From: Tubulanus polymorphus | Taxonomy: Eukaryota > Animalia > Nemertea | Assembly (NCBI RefSeq): GCF_964204645.1 | Contig: NC_134027.1 | Span: 7,286,485-7,350,484 of the forward strand | Reading direction: 5' to 3' | DNA length: 64,000 nt | Shown here: positions 12,312 through 26,288 of the stretch, one piece after another | Numbering within the stretch: the stretch's first letter is position 1 | Layout of the letters: every line of letters starts with the position of its first letter | Notes under the pieces: generated by a model | Seen by the model: the letters and a program-made list of their open reading frames with translations, nothing else | Told to the model about the DNA's origin: nothing | The model's database searches: none | Program-made: the position numbers and the translations under genes

Positions 12312-14259
12312 CCGGACTTTGCTGTTATCAGCCAGAAGTTCTGTGCTGACTTCTTTCTCTCAGGTTGGATCAAATATGATGTAAAGCCGTTAAAACTATG
12401 TATTACCAGCGTCTATATGGTTGTACTTCGATTTAAGCCGTGAAACTATGTAAATTTTATTTTTCATCCAAGGTTTTTTCCCCTTCCATCAAAATCTTTC
12501 CCAATTTTTCTTGTCGCAGCGGATGATAACGTCTATTTTGTATTCGTGAACTCTGTAATCTCGAGCATCTTTTGTGTACTTCAAATACATCGTAAACTCT
12601 GTATCTTCGATTTCTGATTCAGACCCCTCATCCTGGCCTTTCATCTTTTTCATCATCCACTATCAAAGTTAGATATAGTTGCAAATTTTGTCTTGTTAAT
12701 TAATGATTATGTGCTATTTAATTTCAGCTCATTTTGAGCAAAGGGGCAATAGTGGTATATCAGGGGCTGGTTTTTACTAATTCCAAAATACAGGTGTTCT
12801 CAAAAAACACTTATCGTGTGGGGAAGAGGTACATGGTTTGGCTGTATATGTACCTAACCCAGACACGAACGGAGCTGGCATAAATCTGTGGCACAAAAAT
12901 AATTAATACTATTAATGATAGGGATGGTTATGAGATAATTAAAGCTTTCTCAAACCACAGTGATCAGGCTCTGTCTGACAAACATTTTGACTTAATATAT
13001 AATGTGCTCTCTTCATCTTGTCATTTCGCTAGCCAGAAGTCAAACTCCGATGGTGGGAAGTCTGGTGATACCAACATCCATAATAGTGGTATTACCAACA
13101 TCAGTCCGATGGCACCATTGGACGTTCCAACAACATCATTACCTAGTCAACACGCAGGACAAACAACTTGGAGGATGAATAAGGATATAACTAAGGTGAA
13201 TTACTCATTAAGGTACTACTTAGATATCTACAATTAAGGTAAATTCAATGATGTGAAATTATTTTGAATTCAAGTGAACCTATTGTGTCTTCATACAGCT
13301 GTATTAGTTTTGATACATATTGCCAAAATCATTTAATGCAGATTTACTTCCGATCGAAGGGAGATAAAACAAATCCGTACGTGCACAAATACATTCCTGA
13401 ATTTGGGAGGGGGAATATTTCAATTTCACTGTGTATGTCAGATTGAGAGCCTTATTCTGACAGGATATCCTGAACTTAGGTCTTATTCCTCTAGCTAATA
13501 GCTCTCTTTTACTAACCCCTCTCCTTCAAACTATATTCCAGCATCATGTCTTGCACCGCACCAGGGAGGTCCGGTCATAACAAGGTCTTTTGATCCTTAT
13601 ACACAGTGTACTGTAAAAGGGAAATAATGATTATATCGCAATTCGGGTAAGGGAATTTCTAATTTACCACTAAAAATGTGATTTTATCTTAAGTTGGAAG
13701 AATACACATCTCTTTAAAGTTTATTAATTGGCGATGAAGTTAATTTAATAATAAAAACATAGTTTAGCTGGGAATTGAAATGTATATAGGGGCAATATTA
13801 CTAGCAGGTTTGCACTATATGATACTATTAATCAACAAGTCATAAAATGTACAAAATGATCTTCAACCTTGTAATATAGATATTACAAATCTCGATGTAT
13901 TAAAATAGGCAGTCCACAATCAGACGCTTGCCGGTTCAGACTGGTTGGAAGGTTAATTGATGGCACCGGAACCGAATTTCCTGTTATGTGCTTGGATTTC
14001 AAGAAAAGAAAATTTATGTAAAATGGACCGCCAATCACGCAACTATATCTGTACTTCCATTTCCGATTTTGAAAAAACTTTACACGGAGAAAGCAAAAGT
14101 AAAAAGTAAAACTTAGACAAAATTATCTTAACCTTGTAAACTTTTGGACTATTTACATGAAAAGAAAAGCAAAGAAATGTAAAATTAGACAAAATTCAAA
14201 CATTGTAAACTTTCGGACTATTTACACAGAAGAAACAACAAAAGATATGTAAAATTAGA

Positions 14260-17200
14260 CTACCAACTTAGGAGACCCTCGCCGATAATGAACCCGGCAA
14301 TCATAAAAGGTAACTTAATATAGTTTAAATTATTGCGATAAATTCTAAATTAAATACTTTGTCATTACAGGATATCTTCTTTTAATCATTGCAGCTAAAT
14401 TTCAACTATAAGAAACAACCCAGCTTGAGATCAAACACTCGTGCAAAATCGACCAACTGGAACAGCGCACAGCCAACTAGAATCGACCAACCAACTTAGA
14501 TGATCCACGCCGATAACGAATCCAGCAATCATGAAAGGTAACGTAATATAGATGGAGTTATTTCGATTCATTCTCAATGAAATGTTTTGTGATTACATGA
14601 TATCTTTGTTTACTCTTCAGCTGAATCCTATCAAACTGCCCAGCTTGAGATCAACAACTCATCATAAATCTACCGATAAGAACAGCCCACACAACAATCC
14701 AAGCTTAAATCAAATGCATCAATGAACATAGAACATTTTAACTGATACGGAACCCAGCAAACTTGAAATGTAAGTTGATATTTTATGGAAATGATAATGA
14801 TGAATTCTAAATGAAATAATTTGTCATTACAGGCTATCTTCTTTTAATCATAGCAGCTAAATTGTAACTATAAGAAAAAACCCAGCTTGAGATCAACTAC
14901 TCTTCCAAAATTGACCAACTTGAACCATTTGCCAAATTTTTGTAGTCTCTCCTACTGTAAACAGAGGGCGCATGGGTCTGCTGGCATAGCCACTGACTAG
15001 CATAGCCACAAACGCGCGCTTGAGGTCAACAACTCATCTAAAATCTAGCGATTAGAGAACAGCGCACAGAAGGGGCCTGAATTCTGAATGAAATATCTGT
15101 ATTTACAGGATATCTTTGTTTACTCATTTTCAGCTAAATCCTATCTATATGAAACTGCTGCTCATGAGATCAACAACTCGTTTAAAATCTGCCGATTAGA
15201 GAACAGCACTCAGAAGGGGCCAATTTGAATTGACCTCAACATCAACCAACCAACTTAGGAGATCCTCGCCGATAGCGAACAAAGCAATCATTAAAGGTAA
15301 GTTGATATACATGAAATTATCTTATATAATAATACCGAATTGTTGTACTGACTGCTCCGTCGTTATTGGATGTATTGCCCTGAAAATTTGCCCGGCGGTA
15401 GATCTCGACGTCTTTTATCGCTTGGGCACTGTTTCCATTCAAAATTATTTTGGAATTTATGTGGTGGACCACTTTCCAAATTTTTGAAGTCTCTCCTACT
15501 GTTCACAGAGGGTGCATGGGTCAGTTGGCATAGCCACTGACTAGAAACAGCCACTGTTGATACAGTACGAGCTACTGCTGCCTTTGTGACCCAGCTGCTG
15601 GGTCACGAAATTCATACATTATGAAATGATCATATCGGTACTTTACATATTTGTTTCTATCTATAGTTCTGTAACCTTGGGCCTCCATGGGAAGGTCAAG
15701 TGAGTCCTGAGATCCCGTATTATCTTTATATGGGCACAGCTGATCACACCACATAAATTAGACCACTTTAAAATGCCAAAATACTCAATTAACATGCAAC
15801 GAAATAATAAGTTGGAAGTTCTTCGTTTAGAAATCACCCGTGGTTTCTACGGGCTTTCCACTAGTTACGATTAATTCTGAATGAAATATTTGTATTTACA
15901 GGATACCTTTGTTTACTCGTTTCAGCTAAATAATATCTATATGAAACTGCTGCGCTTGAGATCAACAACTCATTTGAAATCTGCCGATTAGAAGAGGTGA
16001 ATTTGAATTGATCTCAACATCAACCAACCAACTTAGGAGATCTTAATCGATAATGAACCCGGCAATCATGAAAGGTAACTTGATATACATGAAATTATCT
16101 TATATAATAATACTGAATTGCCGTACTGACTGCTCCATCGTTACTGGATGTATGGTGTATGGATTAATAAGCCGGAAGTTCTACGTTCAAAAATCACCTA
16201 TGGTAACCACGGGCTTTCCACTAGTTATAATTAATTCTGAATGAAATATTTGTATTTACAGGATATCTTTGTTAACTCGTTTCAGCTGAGTAATATCTAT
16301 ATGAAACTGCAGCGCTTGAGGTAAACAACTCGTTTAAACTTTGCCGATTAGAGAACAGCGCACAGAAGAGGCATTTAATAACCAAAATCTATGCACCGGT
16401 CCACATTGCTGATCTGATATATATCCGGCCGTCATTAGTCTTAAACAGTGATGAACTAATGCTACTACTACAACAAATAATTAGGCAGTTGGGGTTCGAA
16501 ACTAATGTCCGAACACACCAAGGATCCAAGCCAATACTGAAGCCAGCAATCGTTTAAGGTAAGTTGATTTACATGGAAATTATGATCAATGCTATATAAA
16601 GAATTATGTGAATACAGGATATTTTCTTTTAATCATTTCAGTTAAATCTCATCTATAGAAATAGGCCATTAACTACTCAAAAATCTACTGATTAGAAAAG
16701 CCAACAGAAGATTCTAACTCGAATTGAACTCATCAACTATCACAGAAGAGTGCAACGAATTTAACTCATGAACCGACTTAGACGATCATAGCCGACACTA
16801 AACCCTGTTATCACAAATCACATCTATAAGAAAAAAGCTAAGATCATACTAAGATCAACTAACCATCTAGAATCTACTGATTAGAACAGTCGACAGAAGT
16901 ATGCAACTTGAACTTAGAACCAACTTAGAACCAACCAACTTAGAACTCCTAGCCGACACTAACCCGTTATCTTGAAAGGTAAATTGATTTACATGGAATT
17001 TATTATGATTAATGCTCTATGAAGAATTGTGTATATTATATTATATAAGATATTGTGTAATTACAGGATATCTTCTTTTGTTCATTTCAGCTAAATTACA
17101 CCTGTAAGAAAATGCCTAAGATTAACTAGTAAAAAATGTACTGATTCAAATAGCCAACAGAATATTCCAACTTGAACATCAACAACCACAGAACGAATTT

Positions 17201-19420
17201 AACTCATGAACCGACTTGGACGATCCTAGCCGATACTAAACTCAGCAATCTTGAAAGGTAAGTTGGTTCACATGGAATCTATTATCATTAATGCTATATG
17301 AAATATTGTGTGAATACAGGATATCTCCTTTTGTGCATTTCAGCTAAATCACATCTATTAGAAAAAGCCCATACTAAGATCAACTAACCATCTAGAATCT
17401 ACTGATTAGAACAGACAACAGAAGAATGCACCTTGAATTTTACTAATCAACCAACTTCACTAAACCCAGTTATCTTGAAAGGTAAATTGATTTACCGTAT
17501 TTTCCGGTGTACAAGTCGACCCGGTGTATAAGTCGAGGTCAAATTTTCAGTTTAAAAAGTTGTGCTGCTAGGGCTATAGTCGGTGTATAAGTCGAGTCGC
17601 TTCTTCATGTGTTTACATATGTCACATTGAAAACAGTGCCGATGTCATTCTCATAGCTGTTGAGAGTCTTTACCACTGTTTGTATTATTAGATTATTGGG
17701 ATCTGTTGTTTCTGATATTAAATTACCGGATTAGTGCTCATTGTTTGTATCCACATGTTGAATGTATAGTGTATACATTGAATGCCGCGCGCCTGTAGTC
17801 TAGTATTAGACTGACTGTGTATTGATTATTGGCACTCTGCCACAGCATCGTGGCTTATATAAACACTGTACAATGAATATACACGGTTTTCTTTCTCTTT
17901 GATTTTTAACATATCAGTTAATTTTGAAACATTTCCAAACTATAAGAAATTATTTTTATCAACAACCTAAATTCTAATTGGTATATGAGTGTAGCCTAAC
18001 ATAAATTAATATTCCATTTCATCATGGCGACCCCGAACTCTAAACATCGTCAGTTTAAAACGATATCGAAAGTGTAGCCGGTGTATAAGTCGACCTACGT
18101 TTTTTGAACAGGATTTTTGGTCTCAAAAACTCGACTTATACACCAGAAAATACGGTACATGGAATTTATTATGATTAATGCTATATGAAAAATTGTGTAT
18201 ATTGTAAGATATTGTATAATTACAGGATATCTTCTTTTATTCATTTCAGCTAAATTACATCTATAAGAAAATGCCTAAGATTAACTAGTCAAAAATGTAC
18301 TGATTCGAATAGCCAACAGAATATTCCAACTTGAATTGAAATCATCAACTACCACAGAACAAATTTAACTCATGAACCGACTTAGACGATCCTAGCCGAT
18401 ACTAAACTCAGCAATCTTGAAAGGTAAGTTGATTCACATGGAATCTATTATCATTAATGCTATATGAAATATTGTGTGAATACAGGATATCTCCTTTTGT
18501 GCATTTCAGCTAAATCACATCTATGAGAAAAGCCCATACTAAGATCAACTAACCATCTAGAATCTACTGATTAGAACAGACAACAGAAGAATGCACCTTG
18601 AATTTTACCAACTTAGAACTCCTAGCCGACACTAAACCCAGTTATCTTGAAAGGTAAATTGATTTACATGGAATTTATTATGATTAATGCTATATGAAAA
18701 ATTGTGTATATTGTAAGATATTGTATAATTACAGGATATGTTCTTTTATTCATTTCAGCTAAATTACATCTATAAGAAAATGCCTAAGATTAACTAGTCA
18801 AAAATGTACTGATTCGAATAGCCAACAGAATATTCCAACTTGAATTGAAATCATCAACTACCACAGAACAAATTTAACTCATGAACCAACTTAGATGATC
18901 CTAGCCGATACTAAACTCAGCAATCTTGAAAGGTAAGTTGATTCACATGGAATTTATTATCATTAATGCTTTATGAAATATTGTGTGAATACAGGATATC
19001 TCCTTTTGTGCATTTCAGCTAAATCACATCTATGAGAAAAGCCCATACTAAGATCAACTTACCATCTAGAATCTACTGATTAGAACAGACAACAGAAGAA
19101 TGCACCTTGAATTTTACTAATCAACCAACTTAGAACTCCTAGCTGACACTAAACCCAGTTATCTTGAAAGGTAAGTTGATTTACATGGAATTTATTATGA
19201 TTAATGCTATATGAAAAATTGTGTATATTGTAAGATATTGTATAATTACAGGATATCTTCTTTTATTCATTTCAGCTAAATCACATCTATAAGAAGAAGC
19301 TCAGCCTGAGATCAACTCGTCATCTAGAATCTACTAATTAAAACTGCCAACAGAAGATTTTAACTTGAATTGAAATCATCAACTACCACAGAAGAGTCCA
19401 ACTTGAATTCAACTGCGTAG
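14260..19420 (+). repeat. Array of ~230-280-bp exon/intron-like units (AAAG|GTAAG ... TTTCAG|CTAAAT), with an alternating A/B higher-order repeat in the distal part
   Basis: Recurrent GAAAGGTAAGTTGAT and ACAGGATATC...CATTTCAGCTAAAT; donor-like sites at ~17258, 17482, 18424, 18654, 18933, 19170. Confidence 0.85.
17495..18155. mobile_element. 661-bp Tc1/mariner-pogo-type MITE with TA target duplication
   Basis: TIR CCGTATTTTCCGGTGTACAAGTCGAC / CTCGACTTATACACCAGAAAATACGG; TA at 17493-17494 and 18156-18157; sibling repeat units show the empty site GATTTACATGG. Confidence 0.9.
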
Positions 19421-19956
19421 GCCTAGAAGTCCAGATGAGAAATTCAGCCAGCAGCGGTTTATCGCCCAATGACGGATTTCTTCTACTGGTCTTCTACAGA
19501 GACAATGCGTGTGTTATATATAAACATTTAATTAGGAGCAGCAGAGACAATGTATATATATTGTGAACATTTATTCAGGAGCAGCACCAGACAATGCGTA
19601 TCTTATAAACACTTATTCAGGAGCAGCACAGGCAATGCGTATCTTATAAACACTTGTTCAGGAGCAGCAACGTCAGTAGAATATTTAAAGTATTGATTTA
19701 TTTTGTGTATTACCTTTTTACAAACCAGTCTGATGTGTAACATGGGTTTCAAAATGCGTCTTAAAATTCACTGTCTATTTGAAGAGACGGAAATAAAGAA
19801 ATAGTTTTAATGTTGACTGATGAAAATTGAACTATGTCAGTTATTCTCAAAGTTCTTACAGTGACAATCCCCAAAGGGGTAGGGCTAGATTACGTAGGGG
19901 CTTCAATCGACCCTTTCGTGGCCGCGCCAACACAGGGACCCGTTGAAGATGTCAGG

Positions 19957-21981
19957 CCAGTGGGCTCTTGCCTTCAAGACGCCTCTTCCCACTGGCTAGA
20001 AAAATTTGGCGACACTTGGGCTACAAAGATCGTTTCCAAAGGATACCGACTGAAATTCGTTCACAAACCGCATCTATCTCATCACCCGGTGGATATGAGG
20101 CCAAAGTGGGGGCAGGAGTCCCACGTTATGCCAGCGATCAACGAGATGATCGCTGGAAGAAATCCCTCTAGGATCCCCGGGATGGTATTCAAGAATTTTC
20201 ACCGTTCCAAAATCATCTGGGGGCTTAAGGACGGTAATAGATCTGTCAGCTCTAAATCGTTATATCATAGCCCCAAAATTCAAGCTAACAACACCCAAGG
20301 AGGTGATTCAGGGGCTGGAGTCAGGCCAATGGGCAGCATCCATAGATCTGAAGGATGCATACCTACAAGTACCAATACACAGGAACTCAAGAAAGTATTT
20401 AAGAGTTCATTGGAGGGGAAGAACATACCAATTTCGGTCTCTGCCCTTCGGCCTGAGTTCAGCCCCATGGGTCTACACCAAACTTGTCAAAAGGGTTTAG
20501 AAACACCTTCAGTCGAAGGGAGTTCGCATTTTCTGTTACCTGGACGATTGGCTGGTTGTGGCACATTCGAAAGCATAGTGCAAGGAAGCCTTAGACAAGA
20601 CACTGGCCTTGATCCGTCAATTAGGTTTCATAGTGAATTTAGAGAAGTCCCAGTTGACCCCTCTCAAAGGTTCACGTACCTAGCTATGCACTTCGACCTG
20701 ACGCAGGCCTTAGTCAGACCAGCACAGGCCAGAGTTCAGAAGCTGAGGGAGGCAGTTCTCGGTCTCCTGACGGGGGCGCCCAGATCGGCTCGGTCCTGGT
20801 CACAGGTTTTGGGCCAGATGAGTTCCGTTGCACTCGTAGTTCCGCTCGGTCGTTTACACAGCCGTTTTCTTCAAAGATTCTGGAAGCAAGCTTGGAGATT
20901 GGCAGGGGAAGAGTGGGATACCTTATTGCCGGTACCACCGGTGAACCTAATCCCCGACCTCGAGTGGTGGACTCTCGCGCAGAACTTGACAAGAGGCACC
21001 TCCCTAGCACCATTGAAGGCCCCGATTCATCTATGCACGGATGTCAGCCATCAGGGCTGGGGAGCACATGTAGAAGGTTTTCAGAAAGCCGGGAACTGGT
21101 CTCGAGCAGAAGCTCATCTCCACATAAATCACCTGGAACTGTTAGCGGTTCAAAAGGTCTTCAAACACTTCAAAAGGAGGTTAGGGGGTCATCATGTGTG
21201 GCTGTCAACGGACAACTCCACAGTAAAGGCTTATTTGCTCAACCAGGGAGGGACCAGGTCCCCAACATTATCCAACTTAGCAGCTCAGATTCTGACCTGG
21301 GTCCAGGCTCAAGGGATGATTCTTTCGGTATCCCACCTGGCCGGCAGCCTGAATGTGGTGGCCGACGCTCTGTCTCGCCAAGACAAGCCAGTAGCCACCG
21401 AGTGGACATTGGCAGTCAGGGTAGCCAATCAAGTCCGGGCCCTGATGGGCAGTCCGAACGTGGACCTGTTTGCCACTGGCTTCAACACGAGGTGTCCGGT
21501 GTTTGTGTCCCCATTTCAAGACGACTTGGCGTGGGGGGTGGACGCTCTATTTCTGAGTTGGGACAACCTGCTAGCTTATGCCTTTCCCCCCACTCCCCTA
21601 CTCAATCGAGTGTTGGAGAAGATAGAGGGGGCAGTCAACTGTCATGTGGTCTTAGTGGCTCCCTGTTGGCCGACTCAGACATGGTTCATCAGACTCCTTC
21701 ATCTACTGGTGGACTTCCCTCGCACTCTGCCCAATTACTCCGGGTTACTGTCCCAGGGACGATTCAAGTTACACCCAAATCAATTCCAATTGAATCTACA
21801 CGCCTGGCCATTGTCAAGCGACAGCTTTCAAACCAAGGAATTTCTTCGGGGGCAGCCAGATTTATCGTGGAATCCAAACGTCCCTCTACCGGAGCATTGT
21901 ACGATTCCAAATGGGAATGTTACTCCGATTGGTGTAATAGGAGAGCGGTGGATTCTCTCCACCCCTCTGTGTCAGAGTTAA
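19957..21981 (+). pseudogene. DIRS RT-RNase H-Dam-like methyltransferase (frameshifted)
   Basis: PVGSCL..W..GYRLKF; ASIDLKDAYLQVPIH and LPFGLSSAPWVYTK, with YLDDWL (~20537) in a shifted frame; RNase H TD..QGWGAH/HINHLELLAV/DNSTV/LNVVADALSR; MT VDLFA, YAFPP, APCWPTQTWF. Confidence 0.88.
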
Positions 21982-22890
21982 TAGATTTTTTCTATTTCCT
22001 GTTCGAAGAGAAGAATAGACAGGTTATAACCATTAAAGGCTACAGATCAGCAATAGGGCATACTTTCGTTCAGCGGGTGTCCCTGTAGTGACGGAGGATG
22101 TGAAAATAGCTCAATTGATATCAGGTTTTGGGGTTAAGAGACCCAAACAGGTTTCAGATATCCCGCCATGGGACTTAACAGTGGTTCTTAGAGCTCTTAT
22201 GATCACTCCCTTCGAGCCTATCCGCAATACTACCCTGTCAGACTTATCTAAGAAAACGGTGTTCTTACTGTTCTTAGCGATGGCCGCGAGGCGTTCAGAG
22301 GTTCATGCTTTATCGATGCGTCCGGGTCATATTTCCTTTGGTCCACAAGATAGGTTTGTCATTTTAAGGCCTGGTCTTAGTTTCATTGCCAAGAATCAAA
22401 AGGCTTCCGTAGCAGCCAGATCTTGGAAGATCGAGGCTTTGACGCATAGGGTATCTCACGATCTTCCTGATACGTCGCTCTGTCCAGTAAGAGCTTTAAA
22501 GGAGTACTTTAGAGAGGACACTTCGCCACAGAGAAGATAGGGAGAGGCTCTTTATTCCTCTCCGACAAGGGGATAAGAGAGATATCTCAAGGGACACAAT
22601 CGCTAGATGGATTGTATCTTTAATTAAAGAAACTCTGCATTCTCAGGGGTCCCAGGCTCCGCTCGGGATACATTCTCATCAGGTGAGGGCATTAGCCACA
22701 TCCTGGTCATTATTCACGGGGGCTTCCTTGGAATCCATCTAGTTTCTCGTCATTTTATTTGAAGGACGTTTCTGGACAGTTAGGCTCACTGTCCACGTTG
22801 GGTCCAATTGTTACTGCACAACGAATAAGCGTACAAAAACCCAAAAAGCATCGGGCCCAGTTAGACCTTTTTAAACCAGGTCCTGGGGAT
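21800..22890 (+). pseudogene. DIRS tyrosine recombinase (stops/frameshifts)
   Basis: RPST..YDSKW..Y..WC, TIKGYRSAI, PPWDLTVVLRAL, RRSEVHAL, LCPVRALKEY and downstream HQVRALATSW. Confidence 0.85.
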
Positions 22891-25372
22891 TAAAGGGTTT
22901 CTTCTGTATTCAGCTATAAGAAAGTTGATGTATATAAGTTGTGGGCATCTTTTACAGGGCCTAGGTTACCTTAAGACAGTTAGTGGTAAGGGTTCCTTTT
23001 GTTATAGGTATTAAGTTTAGACATGAATCATGATTTCATTTATATAGCCTGGGCAAGGCTGCGTCTAGAGTTTAAGTTTTTTACCTACTGGTTTAGGTTA
23101 ATATCGAGGTAATGGCAGTCAGTGCCTTACTAAGGTATCCGGGAGTCAGTTGACACCGGGTTGTTGATTTCCTTTTTTCGACTCAAACGTAACGGGGTCA
23201 TAATAGGCATGTTATTATCTACTAGTACAGTTAGGAACTGAAAAGAAAGCAGCACGGTAGCTCCTTGATTTTTGGTTTTCCACTGGCTCACCTGGGGTTT
23301 GTTGCGGTTTTCTGCAGAGAGTTTTAGGATGAGTGTAAGTGTAGAGAATTTAAATCGACTTTTGGTCGCCTCCCTCCTCCATTCTTTGGGATTCTGGCTA
23401 TAGTGTATTTTCCCAGGGAATGTATTCGAAGTAAATATTACAATTTTGTTGAAAAATTGGTATTTACGAGGAATACTTACCTGGGAAAATACACGGGTAT
23501 TCCCACCCAGCTGTCCCCCAGGCGATGAGGGATTATTGGCGCAAAAAGATGATGGCATCTCGCCAGATGGCGCTATGTTACGGCGCCCCTACCAAAAGTC
23601 GATTCGGGCGTTATCTGCCTTCTCTAGAGTTTCCCAACCTCTTGAGATCATTTCTGTTGTTGTTTTAAGCATTCTATCGGACAGTTAGTAATAAACAAAA
23701 CAAATAACCATAAACCTTAACTAAATCAAACACACTTAAAAAAAAAAATAACTGATTTGATAGAATGCTTCAAATAACTGATGAAAGATCGCCCGCCCTA
23801 TAGCACACCCTGTCACTGCTGTTACTGTTGATTGTTTTAGGGCTAATATCTGGGAGATACATTTTACTCTTTTTTAGAAAGAATGTTAAACATCTATAAA
23901 CGTGATTAGTTATCGATAGTAAAATTATTGTCATGTTTTCCCTGAAATAATGTAGTATTAAATGAGTGAACTGATAATGTTTGAAAATCTTAAGTTAAGA
24001 CGAGGGGCAGCGGAGTGGGACTTTGTAGGTTTTGTCTCTTGTTTAAATGCTTTTATGTTGAACTGTTATTAAAATACAGTCCATTTGTTAACAAGGTACT
24101 TAGATGATAATTCCTCGAGTAAATACCTGTCATTTAGCAAGGTGTAATTTTCGTCATGAGAATAAAACGACACATATGTGTTCATTATTCATCTTAAAAT
24201 TTTTCGACTGTTTAGTAAGGTTTATAGCAACTATCAAACTGAGGTCCTATCAAATATGGAGGAGCATTTTTTACTATAAGTGAGGATATATAAACAGTGT
24301 TGATTAGTAAATTGTCCTAGCTATGTTTTGATAGCTATTGTCGGTTTTACAATATACAAGATTCAAATCTGCACACGATGCATTCCAGATCTCGAAAAAT
24401 TATCGAATTCAGTTTAATTGTAGATATCTCAGCGATCAGTTATTTGTATTTTACCTAGATATATGGATAGATGAAATATCTATACGATGATACTCAGTAT
24501 ATCTTAATTAAAAAAACCTTCAAAATACTTTGCATTAAACGTAACAATGTTGAGAAAATAACATTGATAATGTTTGAAAACCTCAGGCAAGTTTGGCAAA
24601 ACTCTAGTTATCTTACTTATAACTCTAGTTATCTTGTAAAATAATGTTAATGGAAATGAAAAAATAAAGATTGATAGTTCATCTCAAGCTTTTAAGATTG
24701 AATCTGAAGGTTATGGAGTTTTAATGTTTATATGTTTGAGATATGTTATGTAGTTCTTTGATGATTGATGATACATAAACAGAGTATCCTAAATATCTCT
24801 TACATTGTCATTTGAAGAGTTGATACAGTAAAATGCTTCATATTTCATGAAATAGCCAAATGTCACTTATGCCTGGTGACTTCATGAATTGTCAAATTAA
24901 TAGTCTTAGACATTCAGACTGGTCCCAATTGTCGGTGTTTTATGGATCAAAGTTTACAATTCTTTGTGTTATATTATTATTATCCTATTGATTCAAATTT
25001 TCTGAATCAGTTGAAGTCGAAATGTTTTTGGTGAATAAAAACATTGAAATACCTTGCAGTAGCAATTGTGATGTTAAAGGCTAGTACGGTAATCTTATTT
25101 TTTGGATAGCTCATTATAAGGCTAAAAATGATACCTTGTTTTCCTGATCGGCCAGCTGTCATTTTGTAAATAACAATGAAATTTGTATTCAGTTAATCTC
25201 TATAACTGCCGAATCTGTTATGGTTAGCTTTATCATGATTTTAAAGTATCTACCTAGGCGGCTGGCAGGGTCAACTTTTAAGAGTAAAAATGTAAATCAG
25301 ATTGATTCAACATTAAATCTTACGCTTTCCAGGGTAATTGGCCAGGTTTACCTCTGGTTTTAGTGCGGGGAG

Positions 25373-25488
25373 CCATGGACTCTTACAGTTTAGACTCCAT
25401 GGTTGTGGCCCATAGACCTGTTATAGAGTCTATGGTTGGACCATGGATGTATAAACTCTAGTTTATAGTTTATGCGTCCATGGTTGGA
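25373..25488. repeat. Cluster of three tiny palindromic (CCATGG/CCATAG-ended) elements
   Basis: 25373-25402, 25410-25435 and 25441-25483 are each self-complementary; the third is flanked by TTGGA on both sides. Confidence 0.7.
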
Positions 25489-26288
25489 CTGTTTTTGAAA
25501 TACAGTCCACGTGCTTGAGGAACTTACTTTATAATTCCTCGAGCACATACCTGGTATTTTGTATAATTGTTGTATGATGATAAATATGTTTGTTTGAAAT
25601 TCTTTATTTTATTTGTTTAGTTAATTAGCTACTCTGAATTTTGTTAGTTGACCAGTCAGTGGTTTTTTATTATCTTGCAATCCACCTCTTTTTTCAACCA
25701 ATCCCACCAACATTGTCCGGAGACGAGGATGTGCGGAAAACATCGATTAGTTTATGTATTCCCTTCAATACGTTCCCTGTAAAAACATACATAGCCAACG
25801 CTAGCTTGGCCGGAAATAACGCCAGAAATAACGACTTTGAGAACCCGTATAGTGGCGCCCTCAACGGGAGATCCACCATCTTTTTACGCTGGCGTCGGTT
25901 CGAGCAAGTCTGCTTGAATTGTTTGGTCGGAAAATCGGTTTAATTTATCGGTCTTTTAACGCCCATCTGGTCATAAATATATGATTATCAGTCACTAATC
26001 GAACAGAAAAGCGGTAGATTGTCGATATTGGTCGCGATCGGTCGGTTGGGGGATCGAATCCATTGATTTAGATTCGTCGATTCTCGGTGGGGTCGCACGG
26101 TCTCTCCGGTTGAATTTTTTCGTCGTCGATTCGGTCGGTATTTTTTAAATTTCTTCCGGTTATCGTTGCGATTCTATAATAAATATATTCATTCTACAGT
26201 GGTATATTTTTCTCTTTCGAGAGTGTATTTCGTCACCAATATTACATATCCTCCGTCAGGAGAGTTGTTTGGTATTTTCTTTCAGATT

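Larger units (their letters stand above)
19860..23640 (+). mobile_element. 5'-truncated, decayed DIRS1-like tyrosine-recombinase retrotransposon
   Basis: RT, RNase H and methyltransferase-like domains followed by an overlapping tyrosine recombinase; 3' non-coding region with inverted repeat TGTATTTTCCCAGG/CCTGGGAAAATACA (~23404-23493). Boundaries approximate; absent from copy B. Confidence 0.88.
10801..25741 (+). repeat. Copy A of the duplicated core of the 45-kb element
   Basis: Collinear, diverged matches to copy B: 10816-13190 vs 30549-32820; ~13870-14470 vs 32830-34020; ~19500-19735 vs 34490-34745; ~23645-24100 vs 35835-36405; ~25505-25710 vs 53843-54105. Confidence 0.85.

Noticed and set aside
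14260-19700. Repeat arrays as CRISPR-like loci
   Set aside because: Whole units are homologous (no unique spacers), there are no cas genes and the context is eukaryotic.
20892-21800. Ser/Gly-rich N-terminal part of the 398-aa ORF as a novel protein
   Set aside because: It is the usual overlapping frame upstream of the DIRS tyrosine recombinase; only its C-terminal part is recognisable YR.
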